64,000 nt of DNA from an uncultured Candidatus Saccharibacteria bacterium (GCA_964435835.1 CAYSZX010000001.1:8197-72196), one strand, 5' to 3'; shown: positions 18,633 to 29,927, counted from the first letter of the stretch. Notes: generated from the letters alone by a model not told the origin. Translations and numbers: made by a program.

Positions 18633-18937
18633 AGTTTTTTATCACATTTTTTACAAATACGATACTTGTCGCCTTTTTTATCAAAATCATAACCAACTCT
18701 AGTTTTCTTTTTACAATGAGGACAAATCATAGCTACATTAGAAATATCCATTTTAGCTGGCATTTGAACAATCTGTCCTTTTTCACCTCTTTTTTGAGGT
18801 CTCTGATGCTTTTTAATCAAGTTGGCACCTTCAACAATCACTTTTCCTTCTTTAGGAAAAGACTTTAAAACCTTTCCAGTCTTGTTTCTATCTTTACCAG
18901 TCGTTATTAAAACTTTGTCTCCTTTTTTAATCTTCAT
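18629..18937 (-). CDS. rplX: 50S ribosomal protein L24, with a C-terminal Cys4 ribbon
   Basis: KOW motif IKKGDKVLITTGKDRNKTGKVL and VEGANLIKKHQRP. The C-terminus carries CPHC...CKKC. Confidence 0.85.
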   Translation of the reverse strand: MKIKKGDKVLITTGKDRNKTGKVLKSFPKEGKVIVEGANLIKKHQRPQKRGEKGQIVQMPAKMDISNVAMICPHCKKKTRVGYDFDKKGDKYRICKKCDKKL

Positions 18938-19302
18938 ACTATTTCATTAGCTAAAGCTGCTACTTCATAAAAACCTTTTTGCTTAATTTCTCGAGCAATA
19001 GGGCCAATAATTCTTCCCCCTTTAGGTTTATTGTTTTTTTCTAAGATAACACAACCATTATCACTAAACCTAATGTAGGAACCATTCTTTCTGCGATATT
19101 CTTTCTTTTGTCGAACAATTAAAGCCCTCACTACATCATGAGTTTTAACATCTTTTCGAGGCATTGCCTTTTTAACAGCTCCAATAATGATATCCCCCAA
19201 ACGAGCATATCTTTTTCTAGTACTGCCAAGAACGTGAATGCATTCAATTTCTTTAGCACCACTATTATCAACAACTTTTAATCTGGTTCCTAATTGAATC
19301 AT
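18934..19302 (-). CDS. rplN: 50S ribosomal protein L14
   Basis: [26 protein letters not shown]...IIGAVKKA...FSDNGCVIL matches L14. Confidence 0.9.
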   Translation of the reverse strand: MIQLGTRLKVVDNSGAKEIECIHVLGSTRKRYARLGDIIIGAVKKAMPRKDVKTHDVVRALIVRQKKEYRRKNGSYIRFSDNGCVILEKNNKPKGGRIIGPIAREIKQKGFYEVAALANEIV

Positions 19303-19532
19303 AATTTATAAATTACTCTCCATTTTTTATCTTTTGAAATTGGCCGACACTCTTCAATAACAACCCTATCACCTATCTTACATTCTTCTATTTCATCATG
19401 AGCTTTGTATTTCTTGTGAACCTTGAAACTTTTAAAATACTTAGGATGCTGAATGATTCTTGCTATCCTGACTACTACTGTTTTGTCCATTTTGTCGGAG
19501 ATTACAACTCCTCTTAATTGTTTTTTAGGCAT
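19299..19532 (-). CDS. rpsQ: 30S ribosomal protein S17
   Basis: [42 protein letters not shown]...[18 protein letters not shown] matches S17. Confidence 0.9.
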   Translation of the reverse strand: MPKKQLRGVVISDKMDKTVVVRIARIIQHPKYFKSFKVHKKYKAHDEIEECKIGDRVVIEECRPISKDKKWRVIYKL

Positions 19533-19534
19533 AA

Positions 19535-19717
19535 TTATTTCTGATTAATTACAGTTAATATTCTAGCAATATCTTTTTTGGTTTTCTTAATCTGGCTGCC
19601 ATCTTTTAATTTCCTAACGGCTAAACTAAAGCGTAGTTTTCTTAATTCATTTCTTTGCTCCTGCAATTCTGATTGCAACTCTTTTTTAGATTTTTTTCTT
19701 AATTTATCTATTTTCAT
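19535..19717 (-). CDS. rpmC: 50S ribosomal protein L29
   Basis: 60-aa helical protein [25 protein letters not shown] in the conserved position between rplP and rpsQ. Confidence 0.8.
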   Translation of the reverse strand: MKIDKLRKKSKKELQSELQEQRNELRKLRFSLAVRKLKDGSQIKKTKKDIARILTVINQK

Positions 19718-20132
19718 TTAAACCTTTTTTAATTACAAATTTTGTTCTAACTGGTAATTTAGTTGAAGCTCTTCTGAAAACCTCTCTAGCTATTTCTTCT
19801 TCAACACCTCCCACTTCAAACATAATCCTTCCTGGTTTAACCGGAGCAACATAATGAGATAATTCCCCTTTTCCCAGACCCATCCTAAATTCTACTCCTT
19901 TAGAAGTAACGGGCTTATCAGGAAAAATTCTAATCCATAATTTTCCTCTTTTCTTAAAATGTCTAATAATTGTCTTTCTAGCTGCTTCAATTTGCCGGTC
20001 AGTAATCCAAGCCTTGTCCAATGATTTTAAACCATAAGCGCCAAAAGAAACTAAAGTCCCTTTAGTGGCAACTCCTTTCATTTTTCCTCTAAACTGTTTC
20101 TTGTATTTTGTATTTTTAGGTTGCATTACCAT
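19704..20132 (-). CDS. rplP: 50S ribosomal protein L16
   Basis: [18 protein letters not shown]...[31 protein letters not shown]...RMGLGKG matches L16. Confidence 0.9.
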   Translation of the reverse strand: MVMQPKNTKYKKQFRGKMKGVATKGTLVSFGAYGLKSLDKAWITDRQIEAARKTIIRHFKKRGKLWIRIFPDKPVTSKGVEFRMGLGKGELSHYVAPVKPGRIMFEVGGVEEEIAREVFRRASTKLPVRTKFVIKKGLNENR

Positions 20133-20133
20133 A

Positions 20134-20820
20134 TTATTTCTCTTCTTTTTTCTTAGCTAATTTATCTTCTTTCTTGTAAATCCAAACTTTAATGCCAATC
20201 ACTCCGTAACTACAATAAGCTTCATCTTTAGCAAAATCAATATCAGCCCTTATTGTTTGTCTTGGAAGTAAACCTTCTCTTAACCATTCAGTTCGGGCAA
20301 TACTAATGCCATTTAATCTTCCTGCCACCTGAACTTTGGCTCCCTTAACTTCTCTTTGATTCATTATCTTGCCTAAAGCCTGTTTTAAAACTCTTCGATA
20401 ATGGGTTCTATTTTCAATCTGATCAGCCATCCATTGAGCAACTAAAGAAGCTTTTGCCCAAGGATCTCTTACTTCTTTAACTTCAATATCTAACTTAAAT
20501 TCTTCTTTTTTCTTCTTTTTCCTAAAAGGAGTTTCGGACATCTTTTGCAATAATTGAGATCTTAATGCTCTTACTTCTTTTCCTCCTCGTCCAATAACTA
20601 AACCAGGTCTCATTGAAGAAATAATAACTTTAATCTCATTTGGAGACCTTTTTATTTCAATTCTTGAAACTCCACAATCACCTATCTTTTTCTTAAGAAA
20701 TTCTCTAATCTTAAAATCCTCCTTTAAATATTCAGAAAAATTGTCTTCATAAAAGCCTTTGGAATCCCAATCTTTTGTTCGTTTTATCCTAAATAATTTT
20801 GGATTGACTTTGTGTGCCAT
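20134..20820 (-). CDS. rpsC: 30S ribosomal protein S3
   Basis: KH domain [27 protein letters not shown] plus C-terminal [22 protein letters not shown] match S3. Confidence 0.9.
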   Translation of the reverse strand: MAHKVNPKLFRIKRTKDWDSKGFYEDNFSEYLKEDFKIREFLKKKIGDCGVSRIEIKRSPNEIKVIISSMRPGLVIGRGGKEVRALRSQLLQKMSETPFRKKKKKEEFKLDIEVKEVRDPWAKASLVAQWMADQIENRTHYRRVLKQALGKIMNQREVKGAKVQVAGRLNGISIARTEWLREGLLPRQTIRADIDFAKDEAYCSYGVIGIKVWIYKKEDKLAKKKEEK

Positions 20821-20822
20821 AA

Positions 20823-21368
20823 TTAAAATGATTTTTTATGAAAAACTTGGTCTTTTTTCTTTGCTCTCAGCCCTTTCTTTTTCTTAGAGTATTGTTTCTT
20901 TGTTCTCTTCTTTCTTTTTTGCTTTTCTTTCTTTTTGCTCTTAGGCTTCTTTTTTGCTTTCTTTTCTTTCTTTCCTTTTGTTTTTTTCTTTTTCTTAGGT
21001 TTAGACTTCTTGATAGTATCTTTCACGTCTTTATCGATTTCGTCAAGTACAAGCTCAATATGAGATGTTCTTTTTTTAATAATATCTGCTTTCCCTCGCG
21101 CTCTCGGTAATCTTCTTTTAGCAGCCGGACCTTCGTTAACAATTAATTTAGTGATTAAAAGATTATCTTCTTTAACTCCGGGATAATTATTCTTAGCATT
21201 AGCTAAAGCTTGATCCAATAATTTCTTTAAAGGTAAAGAGGCTTTTTTTCTAGTAAAACGCAAAAGATTTTGAGCTTTTTCAAATTCTTTTCCCCTAATT
21301 AAATCAGCAACCAATCTAACTTTCCGAGGCGCAATCTTTAAATAATTTAACTCTGCTTTGGATATCAT
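20823..21368 (-). CDS. rplV: 50S ribosomal protein L22, with a ~60-aa poly-Lys C-terminal tail
   Basis: [15 protein letters not shown]...NAKNN...[38 protein letters not shown] is the L22 core, followed by [39 protein letters not shown]. Confidence 0.85.
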   Translation of the reverse strand: MISKAELNYLKIAPRKVRLVADLIRGKEFEKAQNLLRFTRKKASLPLKKLLDQALANAKNNYPGVKEDNLLITKLIVNEGPAAKRRLPRARGKADIIKKRTSHIELVLDEIDKDVKDTIKKSKPKKKKKTKGKKEKKAKKKPKSKKKEKQKRKKRTKKQYSKKKKGLRAKKKDQVFHKKSF

Positions 21369-21652
21369 TTCTCTTTCTTATTTTTATCTAATTTCTTTTG
21401 CATCTTTCCTCCATGTTTAGAAAACTTTGTTGTTGGAGAAAACTCGCCAAGCTTATGACCGATCATATCTTCCCTAATTTTTACTGAAATAAAGTCCTTA
21501 CCATTATGAACTCTAAAAGTATAACCAATCATATCAGGCGTAATAACAGAACCCCGAGACCAAGTCTTAATTGGCTGATTCTTTCCAAATTTCTTCATTT
21601 TTTTCTTTACATTAGGACTAACATAAGGTCCTTTTTTAAGTGATCTTGGCAT
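21365..21652 (-). CDS. rpsS: 30S ribosomal protein S19
   Basis: [10 protein letters not shown]...[47 protein letters not shown] matches S19. Confidence 0.9.
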   Translation of the reverse strand: MPRSLKKGPYVSPNVKKKMKKFGKNQPIKTWSRGSVITPDMIGYTFRVHNGKDFISVKIREDMIGHKLGEFSPTTKFSKHGGKMQKKLDKNKKEK

Positions 21653-21653
21653 A

Positions 21654-22448
21654 TTACTTTCTTCTTTTAATTATTAATTTATCTGAAGACTTCTTCTTTT
21701 TTCTTGTTTTAACTCCATGCGCAGGTTTCCCCCAAGGAGTTTTAGGATGTTTCATTCCAATTGAAGTCTTACCTGTTCCTCCACCATGAGGATGATCTAT
21801 CGTATTCATTGCTGTTCCTCTTACTGACGGTCTCCAACCTTTTCTTCTCTTAACTCCAGCTTTACCTGTTTTTTCAAATTTATTTTCAGGATGAGAAACT
21901 TGACCAATAGAAGCAAAACATTTACTCAAAACTTTCCTGATTTCCCCTGATCCAAGTTTCAAAATAGTATATTTCTCCTCATGAGACATAACTTTTGCAG
22001 AGGTTCCTGCTGCCCTCATCATCTTCCCCTCTTCTTGCGGATTTAAAGCAATATTATAAACTTGAGTCCCAGATGGAATATTCTTTAATTTCATTCTATT
22101 ACCAATCTCAACTTCTGCCTGATCAGCACAAATAATTTCACTTCCTATTTTAATATCAGTCGGAGCTAAAATATATCTTCTGTCTCCATTTTCATATTCA
22201 ATTAAAGCCAAAAAGGCTGTCCTATTCGGATCATATTCTACAGCAATTACTTTTCCTTTCAAGTCTTTTCTTTCCTGACCAAAGTCAACAATTCGATACA
22301 ATCTTTTTACTCCTCCTCCTCTGTGACGTACAGTAATTTTCCCTGAGCTTGATCTCCCTCCGTGCTTCTTTAAATGGACAGTGAGATGTTTCTCAGGTTC
22401 TTTTTTACTTAATTTCCTTCTTGAAATTTTCTTATCTTGCTTTTTCAT
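21654..22448 (-). CDS. rplB: 50S ribosomal protein L2
   Basis: [17 protein letters not shown]...[20 protein letters not shown] matches L2. Confidence 0.9.
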   Translation of the reverse strand: MKKQDKKISRRKLSKKEPEKHLTVHLKKHGGRSSSGKITVRHRGGGVKRLYRIVDFGQERKDLKGKVIAVEYDPNRTAFLALIEYENGDRRYILAPTDIKIGSEIICADQAEVEIGNRMKLKNIPSGTQVYNIALNPQEEGKMMRAAGTSAKVMSHEEKYTILKLGSGEIRKVLSKCFASIGQVSHPENKFEKTGKAGVKRRKGWRPSVRGTAMNTIDHPHGGGTGKTSIGMKHPKTPWGKPAHGVKTRKKKKSSDKLIIKRRK

Positions 22449-22455
22449 AAATTAA

Positions 22456-22857
22456 TTATTGAATTAATTCTTCAATCTTTTGCCCCTTCTTTACAGTTAC
22501 AATAGCTTTCTTAAATCCCTTTCGATATCCTGTAATCCCTCTAACTCTTCTTTGTTTTCTAGGGGCTTTAATAATATTAACACTTTCAACATCTACATTA
22601 TACAAGGCTTTAACTGCCTTTTTAATTTCTATTTTGTTAACATTATTAAAAACCTTAAAAACATACTTATTGTCTCCGCTTAATCTTAATGTCTTTCCAG
22701 TAATATAAGGAGATTTTAAAATCTTGTAAGCAAAACCTTTAAAGTCTTTGGTTTTTTTCTTTGACTTTTTCTTTGTTTTTTTATTGCTTACTTTTTTCTC
22801 TTCTTTTTTCTTATCTTTCTTATCCTTTTTATTTTTAAATAAATCTTTAAAAGCCAT
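22456..22857 (-). CDS. rplW: 50S ribosomal protein L23, with a Lys-rich N-terminal extension
   Basis: The C-terminal 90 aa (ILKSPYITGKTLRL...FKVFNNVNKIEIKKAVKALYNVDVESVN) match L23, in the conserved position between rplD and rplB. Confidence 0.8.
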   Translation of the reverse strand: MAFKDLFKNKKDKKDKKKEEKKVSNKKTKKKSKKKTKDFKGFAYKILKSPYITGKTLRLSGDNKYVFKVFNNVNKIEIKKAVKALYNVDVESVNIIKAPRKQRRVRGITGYRKGFKKAIVTVKKGQKIEELIQ

Positions 22858-22859
22858 AA

Positions 22860-23492
22860 TTATTTCTTTAAAAATACTTTTTTAATAACATCAATACTTT
22901 CCTTTGGCATTATTACATACTTATAAGTCAAAACAGTCAAACAATTCAAATCCTTAGCTTGAATTGTATTTAAATAAGGGATATTTCTAATTGCTCTAAT
23001 TAACTTCTTATCCATCTCGGACAAAACAACTAAAGAGTTTTTCTTTTCCTTTAAAACCTTATCAAATATTGCCGCAGCTAATTTAGTCTTTCCTTTCTCA
23101 ATTTTCAATTTATCCAGCAAAACTAAAGTTTGATCTTTAACTTTACTCGACAAACTCATTAACATTGCTTTTCTTTTCATCTTCTTAGGAATCTTCTTTT
23201 TAAAATTTCTTTCATTTAAAGGTCCAAAAGTAGTTCCCCCTCCAACCCAAATAGGAGAACGAATAGAACCATGTCTTGCTCTTCCTAATCCTTTCTGACG
23301 CCAAGGTTTCTTTCCACCTCCTCTAACGGCTCCCCTGTCTTTAGTGTGGGCTGTTCCTGCTCTCTTATTTGCTTGTTGTGAAACAACAACCTGATAAAGC
23401 AAATCTCTATTAATCTTTACACCAAAAATATCTTCTGGTAAAGAAACTTTTTCAACCTTTTTTCCTTTTTGATCTAAAACTTGATATTTCAT
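22860..23492 (-). CDS. rplD: 50S ribosomal protein L4
   Basis: RAGTAHTKDRGAVRGGGKKPWRQKGLGRARHGSIRSPIWVGGGTTFGP matches L4. Confidence 0.85.
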   Translation of the reverse strand: MKYQVLDQKGKKVEKVSLPEDIFGVKINRDLLYQVVVSQQANKRAGTAHTKDRGAVRGGGKKPWRQKGLGRARHGSIRSPIWVGGGTTFGPLNERNFKKKIPKKMKRKAMLMSLSSKVKDQTLVLLDKLKIEKGKTKLAAAIFDKVLKEKKNSLVVLSEMDKKLIRAIRNIPYLNTIQAKDLNCLTVLTYKYVIMPKESIDVIKKVFLKK

Positions 23493-24115
23493 ACTTCTGT
23501 TCTAATTTCTAAAAGAGTCCCCTTTCTCCCTGGAACCCCGCCCTTGATTAACAAAACATTATTTTCAGGATCAACTTTAACTATTTCAAGATTTTTAACA
23601 GTAATTCTTTTTCCTCCCATTCTACCCGGCATCTTTTTTCCTTTAATAACACGAGCTAAAGTAGACCAACCAATTGAACCAATCTTTCTAGTAGAAGGAG
23701 AACCTCTGGTAGCTGGTGCTCCTTTCATTCCCCATCTTTTAACACCTCCCTGAAAACCCTTTCCTTTAGCTATACCAGAAACTTTAACTTTATCTTTTTC
23801 CTTAAAAACAGAAACGTCAATTTCTTGACCTTTTTTGTAATCTTCAATCTTAATATTACCTTTAAACTCTCTAATAAATCTATAAGGTTTATTCTTGAGA
23901 GGTTTTTTAACTTTCTTATCTTTCAATTCTTTTAAACCAACTTGAATAGCTTGATAACCATCTTTCTCTTTATCTTTAATATCTAACACTTTATTTGGCG
24001 CAGCTTCAATAACAGTCACCGGAATTTGGTTACCTTCTTCATCGAAAATCTGAGACATTCCATTTTTTAAACCTAATATAAATTTCATACTTCCTTTTAA
24101 AACAAAACCGAGCAA
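23489..24115 (-). CDS. rplC: 50S ribosomal protein L3
   Basis: ILGLKNGMSQIFDEEGNQIPVTVIE...GKGFQGGVKRWGMKGAPATRGS matches L3. Confidence 0.9.
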   Translation of the reverse strand: MLGFVLKGSMKFILGLKNGMSQIFDEEGNQIPVTVIEAAPNKVLDIKDKEKDGYQAIQVGLKELKDKKVKKPLKNKPYRFIREFKGNIKIEDYKKGQEIDVSVFKEKDKVKVSGIAKGKGFQGGVKRWGMKGAPATRGSPSTRKIGSIGWSTLARVIKGKKMPGRMGGKRITVKNLEIVKVDPENNVLLIKGGVPGRKGTLLEIRTEV

Positions 24116-24196
24116 TAGCCCGGAAATAAATCAAAAGCTATTCTAACAAAATTAATAATTATTTAATAATATTTAACATGTAATGCTTAAAAATTG

Positions 24197-24532
24197 TTAC
24201 ATTTTTATTTCAATGTCCACTCCAGCAGGCAAATCTAAATTCCTTAAAGCATCTAATATCTTAGGATTTGGCTCTAAAATGTCAATCAATCTCTTATGAA
24301 CTCTAATTTCAAACTGTTCCCTAGAAGTTTTATGAACAAAAGTAGATCTATTAACTGTATATTTATGAGTCTCTGTCGGCAAAGGAACTGGACCAACTAC
24401 TTTGTTTCCACAACGAATAGCCGTTTCTACAATTTCCTTAGCAGAACTGTCAATTATCTTATGATCATAAGCTCGTAATTTAATACGAATCTTTTTCTTT
24501 AAATCTTTTTTCTTCTTTTTTTTCTTTGGCAT
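24197..24532 (-). CDS. rpsJ: 30S ribosomal protein S10
   Basis: [39 protein letters not shown]...[12 protein letters not shown] matches S10. Confidence 0.9.
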   Translation of the reverse strand: MPKKKKKKKDLKKKIRIKLRAYDHKIIDSSAKEIVETAIRCGNKVVGPVPLPTETHKYTVNRSTFVHKTSREQFEIRVHKRLIDILEPNPKILDALRNLDLPAGVDIEIKM

Positions 24533-24566
24533 TTTTTAAATTAATAGGAACTCCTTTAAAAACAAA

Positions 24567-24590
24567 CTGAGACTTACTTGTAAGTCTCAG
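24567..24590 (-). terminator. Hairpin plus T-run between tuf and rpsJ (terminator or attenuator)
   Basis: CTGAGACTTA-cttg-TAAGTCTCAG, a perfect 10-bp stem. On the minus strand it is followed by TTTGTTTTT. Confidence 0.5.
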
Positions 24591-24603
24591 ACATGTTTCT
24601 TCA

Positions 24604-25800
24604 TTATTTAATTATTTTACTAACAATTCCAGCTCCGACAGTTTTTCCTCCTTCTCTGATAGCAAATTTTTGCTTTTCTTCCATAGCAATTGGGGCAATA
24701 AGATTTACTTTAAGATCTACCTTGTCTCCAGGCATAACCATTTCAGTTTCTTCAGGAAGAATAACGTTTCCAGTAACATCAGTAGTTCTAAAGTAAAATT
24801 GAGGTTTATAACCTTTAAAGAAAGGAGTATGTCTTCCACCTTCTTCCTTAGATAAAATATAAACCTGAGCTTCAAATTCTGTATGAGGAGTAATACTACC
24901 TGGTTTAGCTAAAACTTGTCCTCTTTCAATATCATCTTTTTTAACCCCTCTTAACAAAACACCAACGTTATCACCGGCTAAACCTTCATCAAGAATTTTA
25001 TTAAACATTTCAACAGAAACAACGGTTGTTTCTTCCGTATCCTTAATTCCAACTATTTCTACTTTTTCGTCAGGCTTTACAGAACCTCTTTCAATTCTTC
25101 CAGTAGCTACTGTTCCTCGCCCCTCGATAGAAAAGACATCCTCAATAGCCATTAAAAATGGCTTATCAGTATCTCTTTCTGGATCTGGGAAATAAGAATC
25201 AATAGCTTCAACTAATTCTCCTATTGGCTTCATAGCTTCATCATCAAGAGAATCAGCTTCAGTTGCTTTTAAAGCAGAACCTCTTACGAAAGGAATGTCA
25301 TCGCCAGGAAATTCATACTTCTTTAACAATTCTCTTAATTCTTCTTCCGCCAAATCAATCATTTCAGGATCATCAACTGCGTCACATTTATTCATAAAAA
25401 CAACAATAGCTGGAAGTCCTACCTGTCTAGCAAGCAAAATATGTTCTCTTGTCTGAGGCATTGCTCCATCAACAGCACTAACAACCAAAACAGCTCCGTC
25501 CATTTGAGCAGCTCCAGTAATCATATTCTTAATATAGTCAGCGTGTCCTGGACAATCAATCCAAGCATAGTGCCTCTTGTCAGTTTCAAACTCAACGTGA
25601 GAAACAGCAATAGTAACACCTCTTTCCTGCTCTTCAGGAGCAGAATCAATTTCTTTTGTTGTTAAATCAGATCCCTTCCAACCTTTAAGCTTACAATATT
25701 TTAAAAGACCAGCTGTTAAAGTAGTCTTTCCATGGTCAACATGACCAATGGTACCAATATTAATATGAGGTTTTGTTCGTTCGAATTTTTCTTTTGCCAT
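24604..25800 (-). CDS. tuf: Elongation factor Tu
   Basis: [22 protein letters not shown] and the full EF-Tu domains II and III (398 aa). Confidence 0.95.
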   Translation of the reverse strand: MAKEKFERTKPHINIGTIGHVDHGKTTLTAGLLKYCKLKGWKGSDLTTKEIDSAPEEQERGVTIAVSHVEFETDKRHYAWIDCPGHADYIKNMITGAAQMDGAVLVVSAVDGAMPQTREHILLARQVGLPAIVVFMNKCDAVDDPEMIDLAEEELRELLKKYEFPGDDIPFVRGSALKATEADSLDDEAMKPIGELVEAIDSYFPDPERDTDKPFLMAIEDVFSIEGRGTVATGRIERGSVKPDEKVEIVGIKDTEETTVVSVEMFNKILDEGLAGDNVGVLLRGVKKDDIERGQVLAKPGSITPHTEFEAQVYILSKEEGGRHTPFFKGYKPQFYFRTTDVTGNVILPEETEMVMPGDKVDLKVNLIAPIAMEEKQKFAIREGGKTVGAGIVSKIIK

Positions 25801-25827
25801 ATAAATAAAGAGTTTAACTCACAACTA

Positions 25828-25849
25828 TTCTGAAACAAGCTTCAGAATA
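25828..25849 (-). other. Small hairpin in the fusA-tuf spacer
   Basis: ATTCTGAA-acaagc-TTCAGAAT, an 8-bp stem with no adjacent T-run. Confidence 0.3.
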
Positions 25850-25927
25850 TCGTTCATTCACTCATTTAATTAATTATTAATTGTTTATATTATTACTTTT
25901 TTAACCTTTTTAAATAAATAAGTCAAA

Positions 25928-28036
25928 TTACCTCGACTTACCTTCAATGATTTCCTTTGTAATATTCTGCGGAATTTCATCGTAGTGGTCGAATTCCATT
26001 GTAAACGTTCCCCTTCCCTTAGTCAAGCTTCTAATTGTTGTCGCATAACCAAACATCTCAGACAAAGGAATTTCCGCTTCAATTACCTTCAAGTTATGTC
26101 TATCCTCTGTTTTCTTAACTTCCCCTCTTCGAGAAGACAAATCACCAATAATATCACCAAAGTAGTCAGCAGGGACGACAACATCTAATTTCATTATTGG
26201 TTCCAACAAAACAAGATCGGCTTTTCTGGCTGCTTTTTGTAAGGCCATAGAACCTACTATTTTAAAAGCAAATTCAGAAGAATCAACCTCATGATAAGAA
26301 CCATCAAGAAGAGTAACTTTGGCATCAACCATTGGATATCCAGCCAAAACACCCTTACTCATTGCCTCCTTTATTCCTTTTTCAATAGCAGGAATAAATT
26401 CTCGAGGAATTGTCCCTCCTTTAATTTCGCTTTCAAACTCAAAACCTTCTCCTCTTTCTAAGGGCTCAAGACTAATAATGGCGTGACCATACTGTCCCCT
26501 TCCTCCTGATTGTCTTTTATATTCTGTTTCTGCTTCAGCCGTTTTCTTGATTGTTTCTTTGTAAGCAACCTGAGGCTTACCAACATTTGCTTCAACTTTA
26601 AATTCTCTTTTCAATCTGTCGATAAGAATTTCCAAATGTAATTCTCCCATCCCGGAAATAATTGTCTCGCCCGTATCCTCATCATGTTTAATTGTAAAAG
26701 TAGGATCTTCTTCAGATAGTTTCTTTAAACCTTCATTCATTTTTTCTTCATCAATTTTTTCTTTTGGTTCAACCCTAATAGAAATAACAGGTCTAGAGAA
26801 AGCAATATCTTCCAAAATAACTGGTTCATCCTCATTACATAAAGTATGACCAGTAGCAGTATTTTTTAATCCAACCGTTGCCGCAATATCACCAGCGTAA
26901 ACTTTATCTAAATCCTCTCTTTTATTTCCAGTCATTCTTAATATTCGACTAATTCGTTCTTTTTCTTCTGTATTTGCATTAAAGATATAAGAACCTTTTT
27001 CTAAAGTTCCAGAATAAACTCGAAAGAAATTTAAAGTTCCTACGTAAGGATCAGTTGCTACTTTAAAAACTAAGGCAGCAAATGGTTCAGAATCATCACA
27101 CTTTCTCTCTATTTCCTCATCGGAATCTATATCATTTCCTACTACAGGTGGAATATCTAAAGGATGCGGTAAATAATAAACAACTGCGTCCAAAAGAGGC
27201 TGCACTCCTTGATTTCGTAAAGCAGAACCACAAAAAACAGGAATTAAATTAAAATTAATAGTTGCTTTTCTTAAAACTTTTCTTAATTCATTAAGAGAAA
27301 CATCTTCTTCATTTTCTAAATATTTTTCCAATAATTCTTCGTCTTCCGAAACAATCTTTTCAATCAACTCCTTTCTCCATTTCTTTGCCTTTGGTAATAA
27401 TTCCTCAGAAATTTCACTTTCTACTATTTTTTCTCCAAGATCCCCTTCAAATCTAATCTCTTTCATTTTTAATAAGTCAATTACTCCCTCAAAATCAGAA
27501 CCAGCTCCGATTGGAAGTTGAACAGCTACAGCGTTAGGATTCAGTTTTTCCCAAATAGATTTCAAACTTTTTTCAAAATCAGCTCCTGTCTTGTCCATTT
27601 TATTAATAAAACAAATTCTTGGAACCTCATATTCATCAGCTTGTCTCCAAACAGTTTCTGATTGAGGTTCTACTCCAGCCACTCCGTCAAAAACCACTAC
27701 TCCTCCATCAAGAACTCTTAAAGATCTCTGAACTTCAGCCGTAAAATCAATATGTCCGGGAGTATCAATAATATTAATTTTATAATCCTGATCTTCTTTT
27801 TCTTTTAAATCCTGAGGTAACCAAAAATTAGTTACTGCTGCAGAAGTAATAGTAATTCCTTTTTCTCTCTCCTGCTCCATCCAATCAGTAACTGTGGTTC
27901 CCTCATCAATATCACCAATCTTGTGAGTTTTTCCACTGTAAAATAAAATACGCTCGGTTGTCGTAGTCTTACCGGCATCAATATGAGCAATGATACCAAT
28001 GTTTCGATATTTTTTTATCGGATATTTTCTAGCCAT
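25928..28036 (-). CDS. fusA: Elongation factor G
   Basis: [27 protein letters not shown] and full five-domain length (702 aa). Confidence 0.95.
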   Translation of the reverse strand: MARKYPIKKYRNIGIIAHIDAGKTTTTERILFYSGKTHKIGDIDEGTTVTDWMEQEREKGITITSAAVTNFWLPQDLKEKEDQDYKINIIDTPGHIDFTAEVQRSLRVLDGGVVVFDGVAGVEPQSETVWRQADEYEVPRICFINKMDKTGADFEKSLKSIWEKLNPNAVAVQLPIGAGSDFEGVIDLLKMKEIRFEGDLGEKIVESEISEELLPKAKKWRKELIEKIVSEDEELLEKYLENEEDVSLNELRKVLRKATINFNLIPVFCGSALRNQGVQPLLDAVVYYLPHPLDIPPVVGNDIDSDEEIERKCDDSEPFAALVFKVATDPYVGTLNFFRVYSGTLEKGSYIFNANTEEKERISRILRMTGNKREDLDKVYAGDIAATVGLKNTATGHTLCNEDEPVILEDIAFSRPVISIRVEPKEKIDEEKMNEGLKKLSEEDPTFTIKHDEDTGETIISGMGELHLEILIDRLKREFKVEANVGKPQVAYKETIKKTAEAETEYKRQSGGRGQYGHAIISLEPLERGEGFEFESEIKGGTIPREFIPAIEKGIKEAMSKGVLAGYPMVDAKVTLLDGSYHEVDSSEFAFKIVGSMALQKAARKADLVLLEPIMKLDVVVPADYFGDIIGDLSSRRGEVKKTEDRHNLKVIEAEIPLSEMFGYATTIRSLTKGRGTFTMEFDHYDEIPQNITKEIIEGKSR

Positions 28037-28050
28037 AAGTAATTAATTAT

Positions 28051-28521
28051 TTACCAAGAAAAATGAGCAAAGGCTTTGTTGGCTTCAGCCATCTTATGAG
28101 TATCAATCTTTTTCTTGACTGCCCAGCCTGTCTTATTGGAAGCATTAATAATGGCTTTAGCTAATCTTTCTTTCATTGGCCTTCCTTTTTCATTCTTAGC
28201 CGCCTGAATAATCCAACGCAAAGATAAAGCCAACCCTCTACCACCTGTTACTTCTCTAGGAACCTGATAAGTAGCACCCCCTACTCTTTTAGCTTTAACC
28301 TCTAAAAGAGGAGAAGTATTTTCAATAGCTCCTTTAAAAACTTTTAAAGGCTCTTTCTTGGTTTTCTTTTTAATAATATCAAAAGCACCATAAACAATTT
28401 TTCTAGCAATACTCTTTTTCCCTTTACGCATTACATAATTTATAAGTTTCGAAACAACTATATCATTATAAACCATGTCGGGCTCTAAATCTCTTGTTCT
28501 AATTTTTTTAATCTTAACCAT
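28051..28521 (-). CDS. rpsG: 30S ribosomal protein S7
   Basis: The S7 core ...[16 protein letters not shown]...[20 protein letters not shown] is clear. The start is taken at [11 protein letters not shown] (28521) rather than the ORF-track start at 28599, because the longer ORF would overlap rpsL by 77 nt and adds a non-S7-like N-terminus. Confidence 0.85.
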   Translation of the reverse strand: MVKIKKIRTRDLEPDMVYNDIVVSKLINYVMRKGKKSIARKIVYGAFDIIKKKTKKEPLKVFKGAIENTSPLLEVKAKRVGGATYQVPREVTGGRGLALSLRWIIQAAKNEKGRPMKERLAKAIINASNKTGWAVKKKIDTHKMAEANKAFAHFSW

Positions 28522-28522
28522 A

Positions 28523-28936
28523 TTATTCTTTTGGTTTCTTAGTTCCGTATTTAGATCTTGAACTCTTTTTACCTTCAACTCCAGCGCAATCCAAAACACC
28601 TCTAACTACCTTATAATTTACACCAGGTAAGTCTTTCATTCTTCCTCCTTTTACTAAAACAACGGAGTGTTCTTGTAAATTATGTCCTTCGCCTGGAATA
28701 AAAGCAGTAATTTCTTGACCATTACTTAAACGAACCCTAGCTACCTTTCTTAATCCAGAATGGGGCTTCTTGGGAGTCATTGTAAAAACCTTAATACAAA
28801 TTCCTCTTTTAAAAGGAGATAAGTATTCAGACTTTCTGTTCTTTTTTGCATTAAAACCATATTTAAAAGCAGAAGTCTTAGACTTCTTTTTAGTTTTATC
28901 GCGTCCTTTTCTAACTAATTGATTAATTGTTGGCAT
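28523..28936 (-). CDS. rpsL: 30S ribosomal protein S12
   Basis: [12 protein letters not shown]...[52 protein letters not shown] matches S12. Confidence 0.9.
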   Translation of the reverse strand: MPTINQLVRKGRDKTKKKSKTSAFKYGFNAKKNRKSEYLSPFKRGICIKVFTMTPKKPHSGLRKVARVRLSNGQEITAFIPGEGHNLQEHSVVLVKGGRMKDLPGVNYKVVRGVLDCAGVEGKKSSRSKYGTKKPKE

Positions 28937-28939
28937 AAT

Positions 28940-28975
28940 TGATTATTAAAATTAACAATTAACAAAATAAAAGTC
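28940..28975 (-). promoter_or_regulatory. Candidate promoter of the str operon (TTGACT -35-like box)
   Basis: Minus strand reads aagTTGACTtttattttgttaattgTTAATTttaataatcaattaATG. The -35 is consensus-like and the -10 is weak and AT-rich. Position-based inference only. Confidence 0.3.
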
Positions 28976-28981
28976 AACTTT

Positions 28982-29593
28982 TTAATTTCCGGAAATTAAG
29001 AAAAACAATAATCTTGCTCCCCAAAACACAAAATCAAAACCAATAAACATTAAAAAGAATAAAAGAATCATCATTCCGTATCTTTTTAAAATCATCTTTA
29101 ATTTAAAGAATCTATGAGATAAAAAACTAAACAAAACATGAGAACCATCTAAAGGAGGAATAGGAATTAAATTAAAAACAGCAAAAGCAAAATTATAAAT
29201 AGCAATTATTTCAAAAAAAGGTAACATTCTTTGAGGTAAAAAAGGAAATCTAACAAGTAAGCTAAAAATTAACCCAACTAAAAAATTACTTAAGGGACCA
29301 GCAATTGAAACTTTTAAATTTCCCCATTTCCTATCTCTAAAATTATTGGGATTAACAGGAACAGGTTTAGCCCAACCAAAAACTGGAGAACCAATTAAAA
29401 ACAAAAACAAAGGAAGAATAATAGTTCCAAACAAATCAATGTGAGCTAAAGGATTAATAGTTAGTCTCCCCGACCTCTTAGCTGTAGGATCACCTAAATA
29501 ATAAGCAACACTTCCGTGTGCTATTTCATGAATAACAATCGAAAAAAACAAAACAATCAAAGAAAAAAATGAATAAGTAAGTTCTCTAACCAT
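28982..29593 (-). CDS. Site-2 protease-family (M50) integral membrane zinc metalloprotease
   Basis: HEIAHG (HExxH) in a TM helix plus NLIPIPPLDGSHV (the LDG motif), with 5-6 TM segments. Confidence 0.7.
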   Translation of the reverse strand: MVRELTYSFFSLIVLFFSIVIHEIAHGSVAYYLGDPTAKRSGRLTINPLAHIDLFGTIILPLFLFLIGSPVFGWAKPVPVNPNNFRDRKWGNLKVSIAGPLSNFLVGLIFSLLVRFPFLPQRMLPFFEIIAIYNFAFAVFNLIPIPPLDGSHVLFSFLSHRFFKLKMILKRYGMMILLFFLMFIGFDFVFWGARLLFFLISGN

Positions 29594-29615
29594 ATAAATA
29601 ATAATACATTATCTC

Positions 29616-29648
29616 TTGCAAAAAAACAAAAAAACTTATAAGATAGCT
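29616..29648 (+). promoter_or_regulatory. Candidate promoter for rpmB
   Basis: TTGCAA-15 nt-TATAAG located 5-38 nt upstream of the rpmB ATG. The spacer is short, so this is weak. Confidence 0.25.
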
Positions 29649-29653
29649 ACATT

Positions 29654-29875
29654 ATGGCTCAAAAATGTCCAATATGTAAAAAAAGATCTCGCATGTTTAG
29701 AGGTCTCAATAAGTTAAGAGGGAAATATAACCCTAGTACTAAAAGAAGAAGAAAGCCAAATCTTCAATGGGTTACAATACCAGAGAATATAAAAAGGCCA
29801 GCTTTTAAAGAATTTAAAGGACAAAGAATAAAAGCTTGCGCCAAATGTATTAAAACATTGTCGAAACGAAAATAA
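29654..29875 (+). CDS. rpmB: 50S ribosomal protein L28
   Basis: MAQKCPICKKR...KRRRKPNLQWV...CAKCIK: the N-terminal CxxC, the conserved KRR-x-PNLQ block and the C-terminal CxxC of bL28. Confidence 0.75.
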   Translation: MAQKCPICKKRSRMFRGLNKLRGKYNPSTKRRRKPNLQWVTIPENIKRPAFKEFKGQRIKACAKCIKTLSKRK

Positions 29876-29898
29876 GGCTTAAAAAATAATTAATTTAA

Positions 29899-29927
29899 AA
29901 CTTCTCATTTATTTGAGAAGTTTTTTA
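29899..29927 (+). terminator. Rho-independent terminator of rpmB
   Basis: AACTTCTCA-tttatt-TGAGAAGTT, a perfect 9-bp stem, followed by TTTTTT. Confidence 0.7.

Noticed and set aside
20838-26188. Plus-strand ORFs 20838-21110, 22480-22683, 23481-23753, 24296-24478, 24593-24796, 24670-24855, 25441-25665 and 25985-26188
   Set aside because: They are antisense to rplV, rplW, rplC/rplD, rpsJ, tuf and fusA. These are shadow ORFs of highly conserved genes.
28522-28599. N-terminal 26-codon extension of the S7 ORF overlapping rpsL
   Set aside because: The extension ([26 protein letters not shown]) is not S7-like and would overlap S12 by 77 nt. The internal start MVKIKK gives the canonical 1-nt-spaced rpsL-rpsG arrangement.
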